Part shown: one piece after another, positions 11,294 to 24,417 of the stretch
Position numbering within the stretch: the stretch's first letter is position 1
How the letters are laid out: every line of letters begins with the position of its first letter
Origin: Octopus sinensis
Lineage: Eukaryota
Assembly (NCBI RefSeq): GCF_006345805.1
Contig: NC_042998.1
Coordinates: 14,322,001-14,386,000 of the forward strand
DNA length: 64,000 bases
Direction: 5' to 3'
Notes under the pieces: generated by a model
Seen by the model: the letters and a program-made list of their open reading frames with translations, nothing else
What the model was told of the DNA's origin: nothing
The model's database searches: none
Translations under genes and position numbers: made by a program

Positions 11294-11731
11294 CAGATGC
11301 GACGTCTGGCAGCTGACTTGGCAGACACCCATAAAATTATCAACCATCTTACAAACAATAACTCTGAGCATCTTTTCAAACTCCACCCGTCTAACACTCG
11401 TGGACATATTTACAAAGTCAGAAAACAGCACAGCTCCCATGACTTTAAGAAACATTTTTTCACGCTGAGAGTTGCTGAAGCATGGAACAAACTGCCGGCA
11501 TCAGTTGTTAGTTGTCGGAGCACTGCATCCTTCAAAACTTCCATGCTTCCTGAGATTCGCCAACACTACACCTGATTTTCTCCCCTCCATACACACACAA
11601 GCATGTATCTGACTCATACATTGTTCGCTTTCCAGACATTTGTACATTACTGCATACACTTTGTATGCACTTTCTGACAAGTTGTGGTGCACCTGAGCAC
11701 TGTATACAATAATTTCATTATTATTATTATA
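11294..11731 (+). mobile_element. 5'-truncated CR1-group LINE (ORF2 C-terminus, 3' UTR, (ATT)n tail)
   Basis: ORF 11297-11575 has CR1-type motifs TRGH..KV.K, FFTLRVAEAWNKLP, FK; followed by 3' UTR and ATT repeats. Confidence 0.8.
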
Positions 11732-11896
11732 CATCCTAGTCCGTCTTTAAGAATGTAGGCAATGATTTGAGGGATGTGTGGTTACTGTTCCTAGCAGCTA
11801 AAATGTTCAAATTTATATTTCCGCATTATTTCGTTGGTTTCTTCTAATTTTTAAAAAGAATTTGTTGCTATTTAACCATAAGTCATTTCTCATCAT

Positions 11897-12162
11897 TGTG
11901 GAGGCGCGTGGCTTAGTGGTTAGGGTGTCAGCATCATAATCGTAAGATTGTGGTTTCGATTCTTGGACCAGCGACTCGTTTTGTTCTAGAGCAAAACACT
12001 TCATTTCACATTTCTCCAATCCACTCAACTGGCAAAAATGAATAACGCTGCGATGGACTGGCGTCCCGTCCAGCTGGGGAAATCAGACGCCATAGAAACC
12101 GGGAAACCGGGCCCATGAGCCTAGTTAGGTTTTAAAAAGGGTGCATTTATTTTATTTTTTTT
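11897..12162 (+). mobile_element. Family-F SINE (tRNA head, CORE-like, V-like domain, GAAACCGG tail)
   Basis: GCTGCGATGGACTGGCGTCCCGTCCAG V-like motif; TSD ATTTCTCATC at 11885-11894 and 12163-12172. Confidence 0.88.
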
Positions 12163-12654
12163 ATTTCTCATCGAGTATACCAAAAAGCAAACGCATTTTA
12201 TCCGTAACCATGTTGTATTTTCTATATGTAAGGAACCTAGCGCTATGTTATCCAAGGTTTCCATTTCTAAGAGTTTTGAGTTTTAATTGTGAAAGAATTC
12301 CCATCAATTTCATACAGATTTTTCCTTTCACAAGTCACCATACTAGTTACAAATGCGAGTGTTTTGGAGTCTTGTTTTTAACTCTCCTTACCGGTGCATA
12401 GGGTATGTACTGTGTGTACGTTCCGGTAGGTGTCTATGTATGTCTCTATTCTCTGTCATACTGTATTTATTTCAGTGTATTGTTGTTGTAGTATAAGACG
12501 TGAGTATGCGTTTTTCCCTCCAAAATCCCTTCAACTTCATGGAAGAAAAATTGACTATACATTTCACTGTTTGCACAAACAAAAATACATTCATACAAAC
12601 ATATATATACATACTTACATATATACATAACTACATAGATATATACATACATCA

Positions 12655-13253
12655 AGAATAATCAGCCGAAATTGCGAGGATAATCTGGTGCTTGACTGAA
12701 GAAAGAAAACTTTGAAAGACCCGTCCTTGTTTTTGTATCGTCTATCTGGATGTTTTGCTGTCCGTTTTTGTATCACCTAGCTGTCCGGATGCTTTGCGTT
12801 CTTGTCCCATTTTGTATTTTTTATATGTATACATACATGCCTACATACTTAAATACACACATACATACATATATACATCAATACATACATATATACCATA
12901 TACATACATAGTTTAAATAATAAGGGTAAAAAAATTTATATTAATTTGATTAATATCAATTTAAACCAGTGGCCTAGCATATTGAAAAAAATCTAAAGAT
13001 TCAGAAAAATTTTATTACATACATATAAGAGAGATGACCACTAGGTGGACATCCAATATGCTAAATGTGGACTCCATATGGCGTGACCACTAAGAAAAAT
13101 TGTTCTCAAGAAAATTCGGCAAACGCCTTTCTCGCTTACGTTCTGGCGTTGCCGACTTTTCTTGAAAACAAATTTTCTTAGTGGGTCAGACCATATGGGG
13201 TCTACGTTTAGCATATTAGATGTCCACCCAGTGGTCATCCCTCTTATATGTAT
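12655..13253 (+). mobile_element. Non-coding repeat ending in a fold-back hairpin, possibly Penelope-like
   Basis: Arms 13019-13127 and 13145-13253 are near reverse complements; CTGAAGA at about 12696; embedded in CATA/TA tracts. Confidence 0.5.
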
Positions 13254-13254
13254 A

Positions 13255-13452
13255 TCTACATACATATATACGTAAATACATACATGCATAGATATACACA
13301 CAAATACATACATATATACATATACACATATATTCATATATACATGAATGCATACATATATGCATGCATAGATACATGCATATATACATAAATACATACA
13401 TATATAAATACATAAATATATCATATAAACATACATACATATAGACATTATT

Positions 13453-13493
<41 letters not shown>

Positions 13494-14891
13494 AATACAT
13501 ACATATATACATACATATATATGTATGTATGCATGTGTGCTTGTGTGTAAAGTTTTAGGCCAACACACGCATGCACAGAAATATTCTAAATACTCAAACA
13601 CAGAAAAATATATGCATATCATTTCGCCGGTTTGTGTTTGTGTGTGTGTGCGTCTGTGCATGTAATTTAGGGTATCTACGTGTATGTACGAGCGTATACT
13701 TGTGCAAATAAGTCAATAAAATTTGTTTATAAAACTTTCACATACACATACACTCATACACACATACGCGCACATACATACGTTAATGCAAACATAGATA
13801 CACACCTAAATACTTGCATACATGCATACAAATATGCACATATACACAATGCATACATACATACACACATACAAACACATACGTACATACACACACACAC
13901 ATACATACATACATACACATACATACAAACATACATACACATACATAGACACAGATATATATATTCAAACATACACATAGACATACATGCACATACATAC
14001 ACATACATACGTGCATACAAATACATACATAAAGATACACACACACTCATACACACATACATATATACTTACATACACACACACTCATACATGCACGCAT
14101 ACATACATATACATGCATACATAAATACAAACCTACTTAGATGCATACATACACACATATATACATACACACATACATACACATACATACATACATACAT
14201 ACACACATACATACATACATACATACATACATACATACACACACATACATACATACATACACATTCATACATACATACATACATACATACATACATACAT
14301 ACACACATACATACATACATACATACACACACATACATACATACACACATTCATACATACATACATACATACATACATACACACACATACATACATACAT
14401 ACATACACATACATACATACATACATACATACATACATACATACACACACATACATACATACATACATACACATACATACACTCATACATACATACATGC
14501 ATACATACATACATACATGCATACATACATACATACATACATACATACATACATACATACATACATACATACATACACATGAGATGGATTGCAATTAATT
14601 TACATGTACAGCAAAAGATCTTCGTTTGCATTTATAAATCAATTGAACTTCCCATGCATGCAGGATTCCTCGTTCGGGAAACACATCGATATAACGTTGA
14701 GCTAATGATGCATATAGAGTGGAGCCAAATAGCCTCCAACTCAAGGAAGCATGCAAAACATGTCTGTACATAATTGCCCTGACTGTGTATTGACATAAAA
14801 CATCCATGTAAGGAAATCAGCTTGGCCGAGCATGCGCCTGTGCTTGTTTGTATGCCTGCGTAAGAGAAGGCTTATATGTATGTCTGTTTTG

Positions 14892-14923
<32 letters not shown>

Positions 14924-15383
14924 CTTGTATGTATGCATGCTTGGATGTTTGTTTCTATGTACGTATGTATCAATGTATATATTTATGCGTGCATGTATGT
15001 ATGTATTTGTATATGCATTTATGAACGTATGTATGTATATATGTATGTATGTATTTAGCTATGTATGTATGTATGTTTGTATTTTTGTATCTATGTATGT
15101 ATATATGTAGCAATGTATATATTTATGCGAGCATGTATCTATTTATATATGCATTTATGAATGTATGTATGTATATATATGTACGTATTTAGTTATATAT
15201 GTATATATGTAGTTATATATGTATGTATGTATGCATGTATGTATGTATGTATGTATGTATGTATGTATGTATGTATGTATGTATGTATGCATGCATGTAT
15301 GTATCATTGTATGTAAGAAAATCAGGTTGTCAGAGCATTCGCATATGCTGCCTGATCATACATGCCTCTTTGTAAATTTATAT

Positions 15384-15426
<43 letters not shown>

Positions 15427-15440
15427 GATAGATAGATAGA
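13255..15440. repeat. (CATA)n/(TATG)n microsatellite fields (13255-13530, 13740-14580, 14880-15440)
   Basis: Visible. Confidence 0.95.
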
Positions 15441-15763
15441 TAGATGTTTAGATGCGTGTGCGCGCGTGTGGTTTGTACACGTGTGTATATATATGTATAT
15501 ATGTCTGGTTTTACTTTTCAAATTTCTCACGAATAGAGAAAGAATCCGGTTTCTACCCAAGAATCAATGCAATGTCTTTGCAATTTAGGCTTCACCTACA
15601 TACGTATGAACGTATTTATGCGTTTATGTATGCATATATGCTTTTCAGCATGCTTGTACGCATGCTAGTTTGTATGCGTGTATATTTGTATGTTTGCATG
15701 CATGCATTTGTACATTATATATGTTCGCACGTGTTTCTTTGCTGTATATGAACATATTATAAA

Positions 15764-16494
15764 CTAAATTTCCGGAATATTTTTGAGACTTTTTTTCCGA
15801 TTTGTTTTGTTTGCTTTTCTGAATGGGATTTCTGGTTTAGTAGAACTCAGTTTTTGAAGGTCATCATTCATGAAGTCAGTTACATAAACAAGAACCCCCG
15901 AGATTAACGATTTAATTACAGTTATAATGTGACTGTAGTATCTGTACATTTTTCTAAGTTCAATATGGAAGTTTTCCTTTTCGTCACTTTTAATCTGATA
16001 ATAACGTTTCTCAGGAAAATGTTTGTTCATTCTCGAGCCCTGCCTGGCTCATAAGGGCCGGTTTCCCGGTTTCTTGGCGTATAGGTTGCCCTCCTGGACG
16101 GGACGCCGGTCCGTCGCAGGTGAGCTGCAAGATGCAGGAGGAAAGAGTGAGAGAAAGTTGTGGCGAAAGAGTCAGCAGAAATTCGCCATTACCTTCTGCC
16201 GTAGCCTCATGGAGCTTAGGTGTTTTCGTTCATAAACACACGCATCACCCGGTCTGATATTCGAACCGGCGATCCCTCGACCGCATGTCCGCTGCTCTAA
16301 CCACTAGGCCATGTGCCTCCACTCTCAGGAAAATGATTTCTACTAATAATCTTGTTCATTATGGTGTGGATTACATCTTCGGTGTTAAGCCTCCATCCGT
16401 TGTTGTGTCTCGATGATTTACACTTTTGCGTATAGGGTATATATTTAAAACAGGAAGTTAGATAACAAAACATTCTATCATTCCGAACATGGAG
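15764..16494 (-). pseudogene. SINE-interrupted reading frame, 138 codons after removing 16022-16335; product unknown
   Basis: Manual translation across the empty site gives ...MFCYLTSCFKYIPYTQKCKSSRHNNGWRLNTEDVIHTIMNKIISRNHFPEKRYYQ...KNIPEI* with no stop. Confidence 0.35.
16022..16322 (-). mobile_element. Family-E SINE (family-C-like head and core, V-like domain, GAAACCGG tail)
   Basis: 13-bp TSD TCTCAGGAAAATG at 16009-16021 and 16323-16335. Confidence 0.88.
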
Positions 16495-16840
16495 TTAAAT
16501 TGCTATGTATGTTAGCGATTATATTATAATTACATATTTAGCAATCATGTTATAAAATGTTTTACGCATTGATCAATATTATCTTTTTACATAGAAATAT
16601 TTCATAAGCAAATCCACGTTGCCCATATGTTTAAATTTGAATGCTGCGCCATCTTGTCTATCGCGATTGATTTTGTTTCGATTTGTTAGATCTCAATTTG
16701 GATGGACCAATCCAAATGCTTTGTGGGGACGTATTTTCCAAGCTAGTAATTTGATCTGCGACCGTTTGTTGAAATTAAAACAATTACAGTATACAACACA
16801 CACACTAACCATTCAAAAACCACACACAAAAAACACTTAT

Positions 16841-17224
16841 ACTCTTTACTCTTTCTCTTTTACTTGTTCCAGTCAATTGACTGCGGCCATGCTGGAGCAC
16901 CGCCTTTAGTCGAGCAAATCGACCCCAGGACTTATTCTTTGTAAGCCCAGTACTTATTCTATCGGTCTCTTTTGCCGAACCGCTAAGTGACGGGGACGTA
17001 AACACACCAGCATCGGTTGTCAATCAATGCTAGGTGGACAAACACAGACACACAAACACACACACATACATATATATACATATATACGACAGGCTTCTTT
17101 CAGTTTCCGTCTACCAAATCCACTCACAAGGCATTGGTCGGCCCGGGGCTATAGCAGAAGACACTTGCCCAACATGCCACGCAGTGAGACTGAACCCGGA
17201 ACCATGTGGTTGGTTAGCAAGCTA
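16841..17224 (-). mobile_element. Family-A SINE, A-box end truncated
   Basis: Reverse-complement homology to 1058-1484. Confidence 0.9.
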
Positions 17225-18164
17225 GTGTTAAAATTTTTGTCGAACTAACCGTGTCTTAGTCAATGGCACGGTTTCAGTGAGTTACTGTTGAGCTGTGTCA
17301 GTGACTAGGTTGCAGATGGTGCGACGAAAATTTTGATTCCAAACTATAAAAGTTTGAGTGATGTTAATAATTTTTACGTGCTTTCGAATTGTTCATATGT
17401 ATCTTCCACGCTGAAATTTATTGATATAAATAAGGGTTTTTAGAAAACAAACGACCCCATGCCTTTGGTCAATGTTAGAAAGAGTAAACCCAATGAAATG
17501 CAGTATGGCTCTCGGCAGACTGTCTTCAAGGCGGTCTCAAGAGCAATGGAATAAAAGAACGTTACATTCGTTTATCTTTTAAAATGAACATGCACACACA
17601 CATAAACACACACGCACGCATACATGCATAAATACAAACGCATATACACACATACACGCGCGCACGCACGCACTATAAAGAAACATCAAGAAAAATCTCC
17701 AAAAGAAATGAAAATTTCATAAACATTTCAATTTTGACATTTTTATTCTTTATTTATATTTTAATTATCTTTTATTTTTATATTTTATTTATTTTTATTT
17801 ATTGTTCATTTATATTTTATATTTTATATTTTACTTATTTATATATTTATTGATGATAAATCTGCAGCACTAACAGTTTTCAACGAAACAAAGATATCAT
17901 CCTGACGAATTAATGCTTTGATGTATTTCAAGTGGTAACGTTAAAACGTTGCTATACGGTATGGCGTCTTCTCTGTTAAATGTGATTTATGCCAGTGCGA
18001 GAAATTGATATTAGCTAAATGAAGAGTTATCAAAACATATCAGAAAAATGTCAGAATAGTGTTTAATAGGCAATATTGCTGTTGTTGCTGGTTTAGGTTA
18101 ACATTTTTAACTGTATTGACAAATGAGGAGAAAGACATAGGAAAGTGCTTTGAGAGAAAACGAG

Positions 18165-18182
18165 GTAGACAGACAAACAAAC

Positions 18183-18260
<78 letters not shown>

Positions 18261-18320
18261 TCATACATACATACATACATACATACATACATACATACAT
18301 ACATACATACATACATACAT
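18165..18320. repeat. (GATA)n(CATA)n
   Basis: Visible. Confidence 0.97.
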
Positions 18321-18410
18321 ACTGAATTAAGTTAAATTAACTAATAATTGTAGACTGAGGTTTGTATCGTTTTTTATAGAAATTTATTGCCAACGTTTTT
18401 GGATAAATGG

Positions 18411-18716
18411 TCAGACTTTCTGTTTAGGGCGGTTAGACAATTTTACTGTCCGAGGAAAACAGTATACATATTCCGGTGCGTCCAACAAGTTCCAGTTCTT
18501 CGGAAAGGATATTCTATATTCAAGAATTACGTTTCCGCCATCCGAAGTTTTGTTGTGTATTTGTGTGGTCCGTATTGATATTCTATCTCTCCACTTGTTA
18601 GTCCGTGTTAGAACACTAAACAAAATGACGCGGCTTTGCAGAAATACTCTGAGATTTTGCGTCAAAGTCGTTGTCATTTGTGAGACCCTATGTAACTTGT
18701 TCAGCATGTTCAACTA
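18411..18716 (-). CDS. Candidate terminal exon / ORF of about 100 codons, unknown product
   Basis: Unique sequence, preceded on the minus strand by TATTTAG; the in-phase antisense frame is also open for about 110 codons; no homology recognised. Confidence 0.22.
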
Positions 18717-20049
18717 AATACGTAAACAACGTTGCTTTCCAAACATATCTGTCTGATTAATCATATTTTAAATTGGTTCGATAGCACCTAAGATATAATG
18801 TCTGTTGTGTCTTGCTGCAGTTGTGTGAAAGTATTGTAAAGGATGTAACTTCACTTAAGTATTCTGACAGGAAAACCTAACATTTTAATGCAGTTTACTA
18901 AAACAGATTTCAGCCGTTTCTCCTACTCGATATCTGCAGATGTGATGATTGTTGTTCTTGAAAGCATCGAGTTCTTCAATCGAAATAATTGGACCAAGTG
19001 GACGTATGCTGCAATTCAAGAATATTTGGCCTGCACTCAAATAAGGTACCAGAGCACTTGAATAACTGCAGTAAAGTTATATCTGATGATGCAAGAAGCA
19101 ATGCAATAAGTGTAAGGAAAGTATTTGAACTCAAAAGTCCACACAAATACAAAACATAATTTATACACAAATTGGAGGCGATAAAACTCTACAATCCCTG
19201 CCCTTGCAGGCATTCCTGCAACCGCAATCCGGGACTCCAAAAAAGTATTCTATAATTCTCGTTTTCACACAAGTCAATTATAAGATCGCAGTGCTTTAAT
19301 TATAAGATCGCAGTACAAATATATTGTATTTTAAATTGTATATGTGTTTTTAAAGAACAATGTTTTAGAGTAGCAGAGGGTCGGCGGGCGCTTTCTGTCT
19401 TCTCCCATCCTTATCATCTTGTATAATTATCATTCGCCTTATCAATGTCTTGTCTAGCCCGCAAAGCAACCCATCTCTGCACTACTTCTTTGGCAAATGA
19501 AATAAATAAAAGTGTAAGGAAAGTGGCAGTAATTATCACGACACTCCATCATGGTCAATGCTTTAACCGTTGATAAGAGATGATTTAGCAGAAGTTAGCT
19601 GCTATTTTTAGTTCCTTCGTTGAGCCGTATGTCTCGCAAGTTTGTTGTTGTTGCTATTATTATTGTTCTTGTTTATTCAGCCCCAGATTAACCACCAATG
19701 AAGTAGAAGGCATGATGAAAGTTATTCCAATCAAAAAATGTCCAACCCTTTAGAGCTATCTACGAATTTTTTTTACCTGAAAACATTTTCCAATTTTTAT
19801 GAGCGTTTAGTGTATGCATAGCAACACTTGACTTCTCTCTCTGGTAAGTTATACGATGACTTACAGATTTTACTCGATTCGTTTCATAGTTTTGTGGTTG
19901 CTCTTTAGCTGCCGATATTCTTAGATCAGCAAAAGCGTTCCAGCCGAGACCGTACTAACTTTTGTGATAATATCTAGTTCTAGAGGATAAAATATGTCCT
20001 TTACTTATGCATGATGAGAGAATGTACTCCCAGCAGATTTGGCTGCGGT

Positions 20050-20405
20050 CTTTTGCAGATGGAGAAGCTTTATAGAATCTCCACATCTATCTCATGTGTA
20101 GTAGTGGTCACTACAAAAGAGGCTGGTAAAGTGTACTTGCATATAATTGCACGAGAATTGTAAACTGGCACACAAGTGACCAAGAAATAATTTACGGAAA
20201 CATTCCACTCATCTCTGCTATAATTGCTCAACAAAGAATTGGCTTTTCTGACCACTACAGACCGTTGTATTTCTGGACTCTTCTACATTCTTATGAAGAA
20301 CGAAGGCCGCTTAACTACATTGGTATTATTGACAGAGGCATACAGCATGGAGTTGAGGATCTACCAAGGATAACGCATGACAGATGTATCTCACGCAGTA
20401 TAGTG
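20050..20405 (+). mobile_element. Decayed RTE-like LINE ORF C-terminus
   Basis: Frame WHTSDQEIIYGNIPLISAIIAQQRIGFSDHY...RRPLNYI...EDLPRITHDR resembles the RTE pattern ELYG.LP.IS..IR.RRL.FAGH...RP..TY...DL...M.DR. Confidence 0.5.
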
Positions 20406-20514
20406 AGTTACATCTTGGTTCCAGAATCTTGAAGAAGCTTAATTGCATCTCCTTCTTACATATGTCTGCTTATCCGTGATTCTGTGTTGGCTATGTCTGT
20501 TTGAAATTATGTAT

Positions 20515-20580
20515 ATGTGTGCTTATGTGTGTGTGTGTGTGTGTGGTGTGCGTGTGTGTGTGCGTGTGTGTGCGTGTGTA

Positions 20581-20617
<37 letters not shown>

Positions 20618-21088
20618 ATGTATGTGTGTGTGTGTGTGTTTAACTAGATGTTGTTTGTGGTACTTTCCTTTTACATTTACGTCTCACCTTCTGTTGACCT
20701 CGCAGACTGCGGCTGCAGTTATTGTGGTAGATCTTGGTGAAACTTCGATTCTGTCGCCACTGCTGCTTTTGTCGTCATCGTTGTTGTTAATGATGATGAT
20801 GATGATGATGATGATGATGGTGATGATGATGCTGATGATAATGATGATGATGATATTGATGGTAATAACCGTGATGACAATGATGATGATGATGATGATG
20901 ATGATGACGATGATGATGATAAAGATGATGATGATATTGATGGTAATAACCGTGATGACAATGATGATGATGTGATGATGATATTGATGGTAATAACCGT
21001 GATGACAATGATGATGATGATGATGATGATGATGACGATGATGATGATAAAGATGATGATGATATTGATGGTAATAACCGTGATGACA

Positions 21089-21122
<34 letters not shown>

Positions 21123-21253
21123 CGATGATGATGATAAAGATGATGATGATATTGATGGTAATAACCGTGATGACAATGATGATGATGATGATGGTGATGA
21201 TGATGCTGATGATAATGATGATGATGATATTGATGGTAATAACCGTGATGACA

Positions 21254-21290
<37 letters not shown>

Positions 21291-21481
21291 GATGATGATG
21301 ATGATGATGGTAATAACCGTGATGACAATGATGATGATGATGATGATGACGATGATGATGATAAAGATGATGATGATATTGATGGTAATAACCGTGATGA
21401 CAATGATGATGATGATGGATGATGATGATGATGATGATGATATGATGATGATGATGAATGATGGTAATAACCGTGATGACA

Positions 21482-21532
<51 letters not shown>

Positions 21533-21622
21533 GTGGTGGTAGTGGTGGTGGTGGTTGTTATAATGATAGTGGTTATGGTAGTTGTGGTGGAGAAGGAGGT
21601 GGAATCGTTGTTGCTATTGTTG

Positions 21623-21654
<32 letters not shown>

Positions 21655-22629
21655 GGTGGTGGTGATTTCTATGATAATCTTCGTCAAGATAATTATGACG
21701 ATAACTAAGATGCTAGTGGTACTACTGCTGCTGCTACTGCTGCTGCTACTGATGATGATGATGACGATAACGATGACGATGACAATGACGATGATGATGA
21801 TGAAGGTGGTAGTTGTGGCGGTGGTGGTGGTGGTGGTGGTGGTGGTGGAGGTGGTGGTGGTGATGATGATGGGACTGATGGTGGTGGTAGTTGTGGTGAT
21901 GGTGCTGCTGGTGGTGGTGCTGGTGGTACTGGTGATGGTGGTGGTGGTGGTGGTGGTGACGACGGCGACGAGGACGGCGATGGGAATGCTGGTGATCATA
22001 ACGACGAAGGGGGATGGTGACGGTGACGGTGACGGTGGTGGTGGTGGTGATGGTGGTGGTGGTGGTGGTATGGTTATGAGTTCGAATATTAACTTCTCGA
22101 GCGAAGAAAATGATTTAGTACGCCGATCCGATGTGGAGGTGATGACGATCTTCTTAACGTAAGATGCTGATGAGGAGGAGGAGGAGAGTAGAAGAGAAAC
22201 AGGATGACAGAAAGAGAGAGACAGACAGACAGACAGAGACACAGAGAGAGGGAGGGAGAGAGTGGAGAGGATGAGAGGGAGACAGGAGGTAGAAGATATT
22301 GTTTACGTCTTCCAATAAATGTTCTTGTCACCTTTTCTTCGTTTCACCTGCTTTTGTCGGTGTTTACCTGCGTCATCAGTTTTACTTCATTTTAGCTTCA
22401 TTTTAGTTTAGTTTGTTTGTTTGTGTCGATGTTTGTTTTTATTTGTATTTTGTTTCAGTCGATGTTTTTTTTTTTTGTTTTGGGGTTTTTTTAAAATTAT
22501 ATATATATATATATATATATTCATGTATTCGTTATTGTTATTTAGTACTAAAAATAGGTAATACTGAAAACAACTATTGCTACTACTGACGCTGCTGCCA
22601 CTACTACTACTACTACTATTACTAATACA

Positions 22630-22665
<36 letters not shown>

Positions 22666-22860
22666 GATGAGAACGATGAAAATGAGGAGGGGGAGGATGA
22701 CGACGACGACGATTACGATGATGATGATGATTATGAAGATGATTACGAAGATGACGATGATGATGAGAACGATGATGATGATGATGATGACGACGATGAT
22801 GATGATGATGATGACGACGACGATGATGATGATGATTATGAAGATGATTATGAAGATGAC

Positions 22861-22909
<49 letters not shown>

Positions 22910-23230
22910 GTGGTGGTTGTGGTGAAGGGGATGAGGGCACTGGTGGTAGCGATGACGGTGGTAGCGATGACGGTGGAGCTAGTGGTTGTAGAATGGGTGC
23001 TAGTGATGATCATGGTGAATAATGTGATGGTGATGATGATAATGATGATGATGATGATAGTGGAGGTGGTGGTGGTGGTGGTGATAATGATTATGGTGGT
23101 GGTGGTGACGTCGATGAGGATGATGATATGATGATGATGACGTGGACGACGAAGATATTCATGGTGATGGTGATGATGATGAAGATGATGATGTCGACGA
23201 CGAAGATGATGAAGACGAAGATATTCATGG

Positions 23231-23278
<48 letters not shown>

Positions 23279-23460
23279 CGGTGATGGTGCTAATGATGAT
23301 GATGCTGTTCGATTGATTAACTTACTGTGCAGCCAATTCTGACGTTATTCATGTTGTCACAACATCCGCCGTCAGCGCACCTGCCCTCTCTCCTCCCCCC
23401 CTCACCGCTTGGTGCCGTGTCTTCCATCTGCTCTAATTTCAGTTCATTATGTACTTATTG

Positions 23461-23493
<33 letters not shown>

Positions 23494-23862
23494 ACTACTA
23501 CTACTACTACTATTATTATTATCACTGCTGCTGCTATTACCACCACCACCACTTATACTACTACTTATACGACTACTATCACTAGTACTACTACTACTAC
23601 TACTGCTAACACTACTACTACTACAACTAACACTACTGCTGCTGCTGCTATTACCACTACTACTACTCCTTCTACTGCTGCTTCTGTTGCTACTACTACA
23701 GCTGCTACTACTACTACTACTACATTATTGCTGCTGCTATTGCTGTTGTTGCTACTACTACAACTACTCATAGTACAACTACTACAACTACTACAACTAC
23801 AACAATTACTACGGCTACTACTACTATTAATACTACTACTACTGCTTCTGTTGCTGTTGTTG

Positions 23863-23895
<33 letters not shown>

Positions 23896-23900
23896 ATACT
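20515..23900. repeat. Large trinucleotide low-complexity field: (TG)n, (GAT)n, (GGT)n, (GTT)n, (CTA)n
   Basis: Visible; source of the long poly-M/H/I/T/S ORFs. Confidence 0.95.
20830..21490 (+). repeat. Higher-order minisatellite within (GAT)n: nine copies of GATGGTAATAACCGTGATGACAAT
   Basis: Copies near 20852, 20933, 20980, 21061, 21148, 21226, 21307, 21375, 21460. Confidence 0.9.
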
Positions 23901-24230
23901 ACTAATGTATCTGTTTTGTATTGGTTCTTTTAGTAATTTTTCCATGTGGTGACTATTCTTGCCTTTGGTGCATAATTGCGTGCGTGCATGCGTGTGCGAG
24001 AATATGTATATTTCTGTGCTTGTGTGCATGTGTGTATGTTCGCTTCTATGTTTGTGTGTGTGCACGCGTGTGTGTCGATCGGGTATGGATAATTTTTGCG
24101 TGTGTGCGTATTATATTGTGATTATTTTGTTGTAAGTGATATTATGGCTGATGTTATCGACTGTGTATGCAGATGGGTGTGTATATGTGTGTGTATGTGT
24201 GTGTGCGTGTGTGTGTGGGCGTGCTATATT

Positions 24231-24378
24231 TCTTTGCCTTTCATCCTTTCTGGGTCGATAAATAAAGTACCAGTTTCGCACTGGGGTCTATGTAATCGAC
24301 TTAATCCCTTTGTCTGTCCTAGTTTGTCCCCTCTATGTTTAGCCCCTTGTGGGTAGTAAAGAAATATATATTTCGTTG
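24231..24378 (+). mobile_element. Family-B SINE 3' part
   Basis: Core and tail-X sequence ending GGGTAGTAAAGAAATA. Confidence 0.85.
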
Positions 24379-24417
24379 TTATTGTTAATGACGTTATTGT
24401 TGAGGTTGTAGGCTAAT

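Noticed and set aside
12688-12730. Hammerhead at CTGAAGA...GAAAGACCCGTC
   Set aside because: Stem II is weak, the 15.2-16.2 pair mismatches and no stem I complement is present; kept only as a hint.
20684-23952. 507-aa and other long ORFs; apparent His-rich or Asp-rich proteins
   Set aside because: They arise from trinucleotide repeats on both strands and in several frames, with frame slips and no splice or start context. The resemblance to cephalopod His-rich or acidic shell proteins is compositional only.
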